A stretch of 63,951 bases of DNA, counting the filler, from Choristocarpus tenellus KU-1152 (lineage: Eukaryota; Protista; Phaeophyceae): assembly GCA_964200185.2 (NCBI GenBank). It is 12 parts of 12 records of this genome, joined end to end, with 100 filler letters (N's around TTAATTAATTAA, not from the genome) between each part and the next. Parts side by side here need not be neighbours in the genome. Positions count along the whole stretch, not along the records: positions 9,810 to 17,156 come from CAXNAD020006295.1; positions 17,257 to 24,730 come from CAXNAD020006099.1; 10 more parts are not named here. The stretch is one strand, 5' to 3'. This document shows, in pieces, positions 13,400-24,358 of this stretch. The first letter of the stretch is position 1; each line of letters starts with the position of its first letter. A model generated the notes under the pieces. The model ran no database searches. It was not told the DNA's origin and was given only the letters and a program-made list of their open reading frames with translations. A program made the position numbers and the translations under genes.

Positions 13400-13900
13400 G
13401 CAAGTCTTGACTCTTGGGGATTTCAGTTTTTACAGTGATGCACCTAGGGACCAACTCATTGGCTATGCTGATGCAGACTACGCCAATTGTGAGATTTTCA
13501 ATATTTTCTGTGTCGGGTGGCGTGGTAATGTTTGGGGGTGCATGTGTGAGCTGGTGGTCTAAAATGCATAAAACTGTTGCTCTATCTACCACTGAGGCTG
13601 AGTATGTGTTGTGTGATTTGGCCAAGGAGGTTATGTTTTTGCAGCAAGTCCAATTTTTTCTGGAGACAACTACGCACAAGTATTGTGTGCAGTTGCTTGA
13701 AGACAATAATGGGGCAATCAAGTTGGCTGAGAAGTCAGCTTCGGGGGGTAGAACAAAACGTATATATATTAGTTATCATTATGTTGGGAACTTGGTGAAG
13801 GAGGCCTTAGGAAGGCACGGATTGTCTATTTAAACTCCGGTTAACAACATGGATATTTGTTCACGAAGTCTTTGAGTGGTAACGTGTTTGAATAATACCC
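13400..13900 (+). mobile_element. Ty1/Copia RT end and RNase H, frameshifted
   Basis: LIGYADADYAN, SVSGGVVMFGGACVSWWSK, VALSTTEAEY, EDNNGAIKLA, RTKRIYISYHYV, LFTKSL. Confidence 0.92.
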
Positions 13901-14109
13901 CTCTAGAACTATCATGCACTGTGAATGAAGGGTAGTGTGCAGATTGAGTTCATTAGATTCATGATGCATGGACAGAGTAGGGGAGTGTGCCAAGATTTTG
14001 CTTGTCCATGTGTGGGAATACGATTTGAAGTGTGCAGATTGAGTTGATTTCAAGTTGGGATTTATTTTTGACCTGATCTGATTCTCACTGCATAGTCAGA
14101 GCAGGGGAG

Positions 14110-14406
14110 TGTATCAAGATTATGCTTGACCATTTGTGAGAATAAGATTCAAATATTTTATGTACGTACAGATGATGATGCGGGACATTGAGGATATTTA
14201 GGGTTAGGGTATTTGACCAGAAGCAAGTGGCGGAATGTTCGAGTCGGAGTGTTTCTGACGTGTGCTAGAGAACTGTTGAGTCATTTGGTATTCTGAGTCA
14301 TTTACTGTAAGGTTTGGTGAGCCCCATCTACTGATGGTGTCTCACTCTCTTCTCAACTGTGATACAAGCTAATAAACAATAATGTAACTGGTTGTGTGGG
14401 ACAACA
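14110..14406 (+). mobile_element. Candidate 3' LTR of the Copia element (297 bp)
   Basis: Preceded by the purine-rich tract AGAGCAGGGGAG; starts TGT, ends ACA; AATAAA at 14371. Confidence 0.6.
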
Positions 14407-15851
14407 GATCATCAAGGACAGCTTAACAAGGGGGGCGAAAAATATCCTTCAGGAGTTCAACTGGATGGTGGTGAGGTTGACTGGCACCTCTTTCGAGGTA
14501 GTAAGATCAAGTGATATTTTTTATTTCGCCATTCCAAGAAGGATTGCCCAGATAAAGTACACAATCCAAGGACACTGTACTGGGTATGAAGTGTATGCTC
14601 CTTTCCCTTTATTGCATGCTTCAATAGGCCCACATAAGCAGAAATCTGAACAACTTATTGATATGGCTGTGCTTGAGGATTAGCATGGTGAGGTCCAAAT
14701 CTATATACCAAAAAGTAGTAGGCACACCAATGGGACCTTTCACCCCAATATTTGGGAAATAAAGGGTTTAATACATTCTCCATGAAATAGTGAGTTGAAT
14801 TAGTGAGTTCCTTTCACGTTTGAATCACATGTTCAAAATGGTGTCAGAAACTCTCGCATCAAACATTTGAAAATGTCAAGAAATGGTACCACTCCTGTGT
14901 ATATTGATGCAAGATGTGTATCTACTCCCTAAAAACATGTCCCACAGGGAACAAAGCAAAGCTCAAATGATTGCATCAACGAACAAATTGGCAGTCGATA
15001 GAGCAGTACAATCTTCACTGCTATCAGTTGAAGTAATCCCATACACACCATCAACAGTTTCCAGCCATACCATACAGCCGACTAAACTGAAATCTTACTT
15101 GGACCGCTATTGTTCATGATACATTTAATTGTGCAGATCCATCCAGATTTGAGCCCAAGGAATATGCTCTTGTCAAATGAGCAGCTCTCAGACAGCAACC
15201 AATCTTGATGAGGCATAATCACAAGAAGGGCAAGATATCAAATTGTTTAGGTTGGTAATGCTGTTTATGGTTGACCAAAAAGCACGCCCCTCTTTCCTAC
15301 CATCAACTCCCTTGAAGTTGGATTGAAATAGAGGCAGGTGGTATATATGTATGTGTGCATGTACAAGATAGCAAAAGCAATGCCCATGTATGTTCAGTTT
15401 TTTCCACTCCTCTATGCCCCTTATTCCATCTATGCCCTCATGACATGCACTAAACAAGGCGATGGATTCCTTTCAGTCAAAGGTTTTCCAGTTTTCAAGG
15501 ACTACAACATACAGTAAGCTTCAGTAAAAATAGACTACCCCCCACAAGCAAAAAACACGTTATCTCTCGTAGTCCAGTTCTACATAAAGTAACAATCTCC
15601 ACCTACTATCTATAGAAACAATCGCAAGCACTGCGTAATGCAAGTGGATGTGTGTGCCTTACTGCCTCAGTCCACGGAACATAATTGCACTAAGGACCAC
15701 TACGGCAAGAATGGTCACAAGAAGAGCAGAACACCCTCAACCGGACACATGCATAGAATTGAGTGTGAGCATCAAAATATGATAGGAACAGGAGCAAGGG
15801 AGAACAAAACAAAACAAAACAAAGTGATACAGTAACAAACCACACCGAGTA

Positions 15852-16562
15852 TCATTCGCAGTCAACCCTTGACTGATGGCCATTGGTTGTGTCATCACCC
15901 GCCTCTGTTTCTTCCTGCTGCTGTGCTGCACTGATACCAACGGTCTCAATCTTCCCTCCCTTGCCTCCACAATTGCCATCACCACTGTCAGAGCCACCAC
16001 CACCATCACTGTTGGCACAGATACTTCTGGAAGTACTTTGCTTTCCAGCAGATGCACAAGAACTATCTGGGGTAGGCGAGGATGCCGCCTGCCTGGAAGA
16101 GGAGGACAGCAGTAATGCCCTTGCCCTCTCCAAGACCGTCAATGGACCCCCCCCGCCCCCATTGTTGCTACGCTCGATCGCGTTTTTACTATGGTTCCCC
16201 CCTCTGCTTCCTTGTCCAATATGTCCAATACTACCCAGCCATTCTGTTTCCGTTGTCACCAGGGGAGAGGGGCACCGTATGGAAGATGTAGGTGGTGAAG
16301 TAGTGGTTGCCACAGCGGCCACCACTATCGACGGTGTTGTGGCAGGGGAGGGGGCAGGACTAGACACTCTAGCAGGACTAGACACTCTAGCAGGACTAGA
16401 CACTCTAGTACCAGTGGTAGGAGCAGTGCAGGATGCAGTGGTGAAGGAGAGCGCCCAGTTGTGATACAGGGCCTCCACTTCTGCTACAACATCCTTGACT
16501 CGATGCTTTCGAAGGACGCTGGCAGCTGCATTTCCATCTCCACACTTGAGGAGTGAGGTCAT
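15852..16562 (-). CDS. Probable large exon of an unknown protein with a low-complexity Ser/Thr/Gly-rich region
   Basis: 236-codon open frame with an in-frame 18-bp tandem repeat (ARVSSP x3, ~16354-16407); no family recognised. Confidence 0.5.
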   Translation of the reverse strand: MTSLLKCGDGNAAASVLRKHRVKDVVAEVEALYHNWALSFTTASCTAPTTGTRVSSPARVSSPARVSSPAPSPATTPSIVVAAVATTTSPPTSSIRCPSPLVTTETEWLGSIGHIGQGSRGGNHSKNAIERSNNGGGGGPLTVLERARALLLSSSSRQAASSPTPDSSCASAGKQSTSRSICANSDGGGGSDSGDGNCGGKGGKIETVGISAAQQQEETEAGDDTTNGHQSRVDCE

Positions 16563-17854
16563 TTGGTGTGCAGGATATGAATGCCAGTTATCCTGACAAA
16601 AACAATGGGGGGGAGGAGATCGTGATTATCTTGTGAAAATAGATTATTCTATCATACTTCCTCAAAGCTGTCCCCATCAACAGTAGGGAGGGAGTAAAAT
16701 AAGGGAGTAAAATAAGGGAGTAAAATAAGGGAGTAAAGAGTAAAAGGGAAGGAAGGGCGCACAGTTGTCCATACCTACTTGGGGACAGAGCACCTATGTT
16801 ACACCCAATCAAAACCAGCCTAAGCCTTTGTCTGGTACACTTTTCGCAGGTGACATGACTGAAGAGGCTCTGAACCTCAAAAATATTCAATTAAAAAAAA
16901 AAAAAAAAAAAAAAACTTGGGGGATCAGGGTTAGGGTTAGGGTTTCAAACAGAAAATACCAAGGGATATAGAGAGCTTCGCATACGAACAGCGAAAAACG
17001 TAGATATGACAGACCGGAGTATGGCTCAGATTAGTTTCACACTTGATTTCACCTTGTTTTGATTCTGGACCGGTATAAGAAAAAAAAAACTTGAATTCAC
17101 CCCCCCCCCACTCCCAACACCAAAAAACAACACCCCCCCCCCCCCCCCCCACCCCCNNNNNNNNNNNNNNNNNNNNNNNNNNNNNNNNNNNNNNNNNNNN
17201 TTAATTAATTAANNNNNNNNNNNNNNNNNNNNNNNNNNNNNNNNNNNNNNNNNNNNGGGGGTAGGATGGGGTTACTCAAACCATCAGCCAATGGATACAT
17301 TAATACCAACAGGTGCAGAATTGGTATAATCACCTGTCATAGTAGCCTTCCTCATCCTCACAGATGCTCACAAGACTATGACCAGTCGGGCCAATCCTAT
17401 ACAAACACAGACACACAAAGACACACAATACAGCAATTAGATAGACAGGTGAGTTAGTATGGTAAGGTACACTTCACACTAGAGATTACCCAGCCAAGGT
17501 TGAGGAAGTCATAACACATCCACGTAGTCAGCTACCAAAACGCAATGATACCAGATCGGCAACTCCTAGCTCAAGGTCCAACACATTGACCACATATGAG
17601 AGTACAAGATAACATTAGTCACTACTGACACACTTGCATCAACTATATATATATAAATATCAACACTCTAGAAATCAGAAGATCAACACACAATTCAACT
17701 GCATCACCAAAAATCAATCACACACTACCACCTATGCCCACTCAAGGTGATACAAGCAAAACAAAATGTGACACTCGATTCCTCTCTCCACTTACACCCC
17801 CCCCAATCCCCCTCCCACAACACACCTCCTCCTGGTGGTTCAAAGACAACTCAC

Positions 17855-20800
17855 ATAGAACTAGCTGTCCGTCGCGAGGACGAATCACCCCTGTACAGAG
17901 TTAGCCTTGGGGGCATAGGCTCATCTCCAAATATTCTACTGCTATTGAACTTGCTGCTGTCACCGGGTGCTCCAAATATCATGTTCGATGTGCTTGGGGC
18001 ATTCCCGCTAGAGTAAGGGGGTCTTGTTGGACGTCCTGACAAACTGCAAGTCCAATCATTACAAAAGGGGTGAGATATTAGTAGGGTAGTAAGGGGAGAG
18101 GGAGAAAGGAAAGAATAAGAAGAGCAGAGGTTGAAATCTGTGTGACAGGTTGACAGAAGTTCATCTAAGGGAGAAAACACAGTTTCAGTAAGGTCATGGA
18201 TACATTTCTGACTCTGCCTTCAAATCCTACATGTCAAACAAAATAAAAGTGTTGAGTGCCAATATGATGTGAACTACCCTCAGCTTCACACAACATTTAG
18301 CACTACATAGATAAGGAGGGAGGGGGTGCGGGAGACAAGCATATCTAAATATGAGTGGCACCTTGTGCTAGGTCCGCTGGATTGACTTAACAAAACATTG
18401 CCATTGCCTTCCTCCTCTTGTACAGAAGCTCCTTCAAGCAATTCCAGTGCTTTCTCCCTCGGGTCCTCAACAAATGCCCTGGTTTACACATGACAGAGGA
18501 GAACAAAGGGTTGAAGGAAATAGTTCATTTGAAGGTTTGGGGTACTATGCAGACCATAAATTGCAAATAGATAGCAGCATCAACCACCTACCCCAAATGT
18601 AACAAGTCATCCTTGAGAAAGGAATCCAAAAACTGTGCTCCATAAAACCTATCCTTTAGAAATCTCAAACCCCTTGCCAAGAAGCTCATCCTCACAATCA
18701 TATGTCCACATACTGCACTGAATCAATTCATCCCGAAAGATGGCTTTCAAGTCTGTTTGTGCTTTCTCACCTGCTGCTCCTGAGGACAATCAATCTCTTG
18801 GCAGCCCAATTGGCCTTGGCAGTGTTATTGACGTCCACATCATTCTCAGCAAACAGATCCTACTCAGTAAGAAACAGGGACAGGCAAAGGGGCACCATGG
18901 TGTTGTGCTACTGTCAACTGAAGACAATTGTGGAAAAGGTGTGACAGTAGAAGGGGTAAGAGAGTACACAAGACAATAAAAGGGTGTCTCTCTCCACACT
19001 CCCGTGGAGAAAGAGAAAAAGTCGTTACTTCACTGCAACACAAAGACACGAGCATGAGGCTTGGACCCCCCACCCCTCAAACCTTTTCCTTAGGCAGGAG
19101 GTACATGTAAATGAACATCTATCTACCAACAAGAAAACCTTAGGGTTAGGGTTAGGGTTAGGGTTAAAACCCTGTACGGTATACACACCTTCACAGCATC
19201 TGGTGTGAGGTCTGGTCCATCACCATCCTTCCTCTCAACCGTCTTTCCAGCCTTGGCCCTCTTGGCAAGGTCGGCCACATATGCATTTGTGAGTTCATCA
19301 CGTCTCTCTCCCCATGTCCGAGCATTAGAATCAGGGATAATCGTGGGAATAGCAGAAGCAACTTCAGAATCCCAGGTACCCATTGGTACCAAGTGGTGGG
19401 CAAGCAGCAGGCCAGTAAACAAACCTGTGGGCCAAGTTCAACAGACGAAGGATGCAAGCGGGGTGGAGCGCAGGTGAGATCATTTAGAAGGAAAAAATAG
19501 AGCCAAAGTATCTTAGAGGGTAGAGCCGCGTCCATTTGGGGTCCAAAATCCAATATGCGATTTTGATGTGATTTTGGCTATCGTGTTTCTTAGGAGGTGT
19601 CGATATTCTTGTTCTGGACACACCTTTTCTTAACGTATACAATTTACCCCCTCCACAATACTTTGGAGTGGGAAAATGTCATAAAAACCCTAAGGGAAGT
19701 CAAGCCCCAAATGGACAAAAAGGGCAAAACTCGTACCCTCTAAGATACTTTCACTCAATATACATTAGGGTGTAATAATGTTAGGTAACAGCAGCATCTT
19801 TATTTGATAAAGGGAGTGCATGGTCATAGTAGAGGTTTTCTTTCATCCCTTCTCACCAAGAACTGCAGGGGTCGGCACACTCTTGGCATCATAGATGGCA
19901 CCAAGAGGTATCATGTACACGAAGTTGTTGAGCCCCTCCCTCAGCGATATGTTCAAGCCAAGGTAAAAGATCTCGCTCCTCATTGGTCCAGCCATGCCGC
20001 GAGAGTTCAAGGCCTCAAGTTTTTCCTAGTGGGAGGGGGAGGAGTGGATCTACCAATATAAAAAAGACTTCGGGCATACTTATACACTGCAGGTGATGAG
20101 TGTGTTGTACATTCTTCTGGCATGCAATGAGAAAGCCTGCTCATTTCCGAAGCCATTTTGTCACTGTATTTTTAAGACAGGGGGTATGAGAGCAAGAGTA
20201 CACACTGAAGAGATGATTACTTGAACTGCATCAAATAAGGGCGGTAAATATTGGGAAAACATCTCCTAACACATGTCAATCTTGATTACTTGTGTGCGAC
20301 ATCTTTCCTCGCGCCCGCATAACAACAACTCTCCAAGCTTCACACACCTGATACTGTCTGCTGTAGGTCAATTTGGAGTGCCCAATCCTCACTATGGAAA
20401 CCCCTAGATGTGTGAACAAGACTTCATAGGGGGAAAAACAGGCAGCATGTCAAATGCGAGCGGGGAGTGGTGAGGGATGCTTGACCTGTTAAGAACCTTG
20501 ACGAGATAGTACTACTCTTGTTGGCCAATATGTTGGCAGGCACGAAATTCAATGTTCATCCCTGAGAAATGTTGATGACGTGGCTTAGATCACGAAGACT
20601 TCCTCTTTTCGGGTGTGTTATTGGTTGACAACTAGAAATCCTAAGAGAGTTGGGGTACCTGCACCGATGATCCGAAACACTCCGTAAAATAGGTCAGAGC
20701 CATCTGTAGTTAAGTCTTCAAATGCGTAGAACTTGATAGTCTCCATCACGGCGAAAGTAATTGTTCCTGCGTTCAGAGGTTCGGAATTTTGATGTGCAAG

Positions 20801-21359
20801 AAGTTACACATTGTTCACGAGATTTAAGTCTGACACAGGAAATGGACTTCAAAAGAAATCACAAGAGAAACTTGATCTTTCCAAAGCCCCTATGACATAG
20901 CTTGAAGAGAGGAATCAACCGTCTCTAGGCAATCACAGAAAGAAATCTTGACCTACCTGCAATGACGGTCAAGGTAAGTCCAGAAGCAGCACCAAGTCTC
21001 AAGCTCACAACAGATTGTGCCCGTACAGAATCGAGAACGGCAGAAAGCTGGCGCGTACCCTGAAGAATGGGGCACGCATGTGGAAGAACTCTATGAGAGA
21101 GAAGGTCGAGTTTCCTTCCAGAGGATCGTGCAAGAATCACGTTGTTGAGGGAGGTGAGGTCTTGAAACGGATCCCTTACCTCTGTGACGCTAAGTACTAC
21201 CGAAGCCGAAGCCTTAGCAAAAATGAAGAAGGTTGGAATACTGAAAATACCCAGCCAGAGAGTGCTCCCCATGAAGAAGAGTATGATTAACCCCATGGCA
21301 GCTGTCACCACGCCAACGAAACATGTCTCAACAGGACTTTTGCCATTGGGGTTGACCAT
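17855..21359 (-). CDS. FTR1-like (iron permease family) membrane protein, divergent; exons 21359-21180, 21047-20957, 20766-20659, [20514-20497 tentative], 20403-20348, 20025-19857, 19424-19189, 18859-18771, 18478-18362, 18043-17855
   Basis: All junctions GT-AG and phase-compatible. The spliced protein follows FTR1 order: IFSIPTFFIFAKASASVVLSV, LGAASGL, DLFYGVFRIIGA, EKL, FYLGLNISLREGLNNF, SVPTPAVLGLFTG. Confidence 0.72.
19140..19166 (+). repeat. Interstitial (TTAGGG)4 tract; shorter tracts at ~14197, ~16928 and ~58868 (CCCTAA)
   Basis: ttagggttagggttagggttagggtta read directly. Confidence 0.85.
19500..19756. mobile_element. MITE family A (257 bp), TSD AATA, in an intron of the FTR1-like gene
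   Basis: AATA|GAGCCAAAGTATCTTAGAGGGTA...TACCCTCTAAGATACTTTCACTC|AATA. Confidence 0.95.
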
Positions 21360-21708
21360 CGCTAAGGAAGACCAAGGGCTGCAAGTGTATTGTGTCCACC
21401 TGGGGATTTTTTCTCACACCCCTAACCCTTCGTTCGACTCGAGAAACCTGAAGTTCTTGTAATGTGACTTTCTCTTCCCTTGTCCTTCCCTCTCTTACCA
21501 AAAAAAATGATGACAGACCTGTTTGGTGTGTTGGGGGAGCGTGTATATGGTTTGGAAAATCTTCATCGCTATTTATGTTTAATCACTTTCGAAAGATGTC
21601 AACAGGGAAGAACCATTAAAGAGTTATTTGCTACGAATGATTGCTAACCATCTATCTCCCTTTCTCATCTTTTACTGAAGATTATAATGTGTCTTTACAT
21701 ATGGATAC

Positions 21709-21744
<36 letters not shown>

Positions 21745-22157
21745 CGGGTTGGTAGGCATATCTTTCGCTATTATTGTTTCATTGTATTTGACGTTGACTT
21801 GTTTATTGTTGGATTGGTTCTGGATTGAACTTCATCGTACGAGAAACACATTGTACCTTTCTGTATGGTAAAAATTGTCATTGAGAGGATATGGTGAAGA
21901 GCAAAGTACTGGATATCACGGAAAAATTAAATATTGTAAAATTATCTTTTTCTCAAAGTCACCTTACAATAACCTGTTTTGTACTTCTTTTTACCAAACA
22001 GGTAGGCAAAGTACTTGGACTTCACACCTTGCTGCAAATTTGGCAGGAAGGTGAAGGCATCCGCACATCATCTTGACTGGAGAGAATTACAAAGATCAAT
22101 CTTTTCGCGTCTCAAAGTCTTCAGTCGTTGTATTCCTTCTCGGCAAGGAGGTCGGCA

Positions 22158-24358
22158 ATGGGTCCTGTTTTGAGGACAGTCGCTGTCCTGCTCCTGGCAG
22201 CGACCTTGTCATTCGCACAACAAGCAGAGGAGGCACAGGTGGTGACAGAAGTCTTCGAAGTTGGCTCCAGCACTACTGACGATGACACGTAAGTATTGAC
22301 GATGGAAGTCAATGGAAATCCACTGTTCTGTGAGGAATTTTTCGCTGATAATCGGGGTGAGTTCTCCATACCATTCGCGTTACTCACTGTTCTTTCTCCT
22401 CCTCTACGCAATGGTCAAATAACTCTCTGTGACACAGAGGTATTGCAATGGCTATTGATGAAGATGTGGGCATGTTCGTGGTGGGAACAACAGAAGGGAC
22501 CATGATTGACGCAAGTGGTAAGTGATTGCTATTCTGGAAGAATCCACGAGAGGGTGCATCATGATTTATGTGCTCTTCCAACTCCTTCTAAATGGACTTC
22601 TACTCCTCTATTATTTGACCTTGTTCTGGCGCTCCATTGTCCCATTCCTGACCTAAACACAGTTGGGGGTTTGGACTTCGTGCTATACAGCCTGGACCGG
22701 GAGGATGCGATGGATGTGTTGGTGAGACAATAGGCGGCCCATCACCTACACACTCAAACCACTTCGATTATCGCTCTCCGTGTTGTGACTTCTTTCCCTT
22801 TCGTATCATTAAGTAGGCCTTCATCATGAATACGCTCGAGGGCAGCATACCTGTCGCCCCCGCTTTTTCGATCAAATCTCACTCCATGATCCCTTAATAC
22901 CCGTCCATCTCGCATCTAGGATGCTAGTAAGTTTGGAGGTGACGGAGATGACGTGGCCTACGCTGTCGCCATCAACACCTTAAACGCGAGGGTTGTTGTG
23001 GTAGGCTCGACGATCTCGGAAACAGTTCACCTCTTCGACAAGGATACCGCAAGTGAGCGATAGTCGTGAAGGGTGAAGTCACCCCAGCACCGACCTGATC
23101 GTCCTTTGCGATAGCCTCGACAGACTTGGTTCTTCCAGTCCATTCGACGTTGCATCTTCCTAAATCACGTTCTGCACTGCAGCAAAGTAACCGTGTACGC
23201 AGGAATTTTTTTATAGGGTAATGCGTGCCCTCCAACGCGTGTGAAGACAGGAGAGCAATACGGTGACCATCGCTCAGTAGAACTTGAGGACTGACAACAC
23301 TCCTGACCCCCCCCTGCATTCCTGCCTGACATTTTCCCTCCTCCCTGCACTGCAAGTGCAGCTGGAGAAGTTGATTTCTTTATTGCATCGTTCGCTCCTG
23401 CAGACCTTAGCACACCTGAGGCTTCATATGTGAATGGTACCACGTTTGAAAACCAGGTCAGAATTTATGGAGGCAAGAAGGGGTTTTTCATGTGTTAATT
23501 GTTCATCATGAGTTGGGTGACTATTCTCTTTGTGCAGAAACACAGGAGAGGTCACCTAGATGGGTGCCATTCTTATTGGTCAAGCAAGCCCTTTGCTCCA
23601 TACCTTGTTCAGATATGAGGTAGCATTTTGTTGTTGAGTTATAACTGACAGTATGGCTGTAGTTCATCACACGGATCCTCATACAGATACACCTTCAAAG
23701 CCCTGTCCCCTTAACCCTGTGACCTGCCCCTTTCTCGACTCCTTCATTTTCTTCAAGTTTGCGACTGCTGTGGCTGTGGACAGCAATGGAGACTACATTG
23801 TTGGAGGCTATTCATGGGGGAATCAGTTTGGTACTAACGCAGGCGACGGCAATAGTGAAGGTAACCAGTTTAATTTTTTTAAGTTAAGCAATAGGCTAGA
23901 TGTCTGCAAAATTTGATTTAGCGAAAAAAAATGTCGAAGAAAAGGGATGTATTGCACTCTTGCTGCCACAAAATATACTGCATCTTTTTGAAATAGAAAT
24001 GCTATATGCTACTGCAAGTACTTTTAGTTGCAACATGAGAAGTGCCTTGATAATGTTATTTAATACTTCACACAACCTTGTAAGACTTTCAAAGTCAGAT
24101 TGCGTATGCCTTACCCCCGTCAGTGCACAATCGACACCAACTTCCACCCCACATGCCTGTTACGTCCACATCATGCAGAAACGGTTGGGTTTGACGCTAT
24201 TGTGTTCAAGGTCGACATGGACGTGACAGGACTAGTATGGGAAGACAGGGGAATTCAGTTTGGCACTGTGGGGTACGATACGATTAGTGGGTTGGTCCTG
24301 GATGAAGATGACAACATCTATGTTGTGGGCAACACTAATGACACTGCCAGTGTTTCAA
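22158..24358 (+). CDS. Secreted SBBP-type beta-propeller repeat protein, 3' incomplete; exons ~22158-22288, 22438-22517, 22663-22721, 22920-23053, 23362-23456, 23758-23860, 24179-24358
   Basis: Signal peptide MGPVLRTVAVLLLAATLSFA; repeated blades GSSTTDDDTGIAMAIDEDVGMFVVGTTEG, FGGDGDDVAYAVAI...VVVGST, FATAVAVDSNGDYIVGGYS, QFGTVGYDTISGLVLDEDDNIYVVGNT; GT-AG junctions in phase. Confidence 0.82.
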
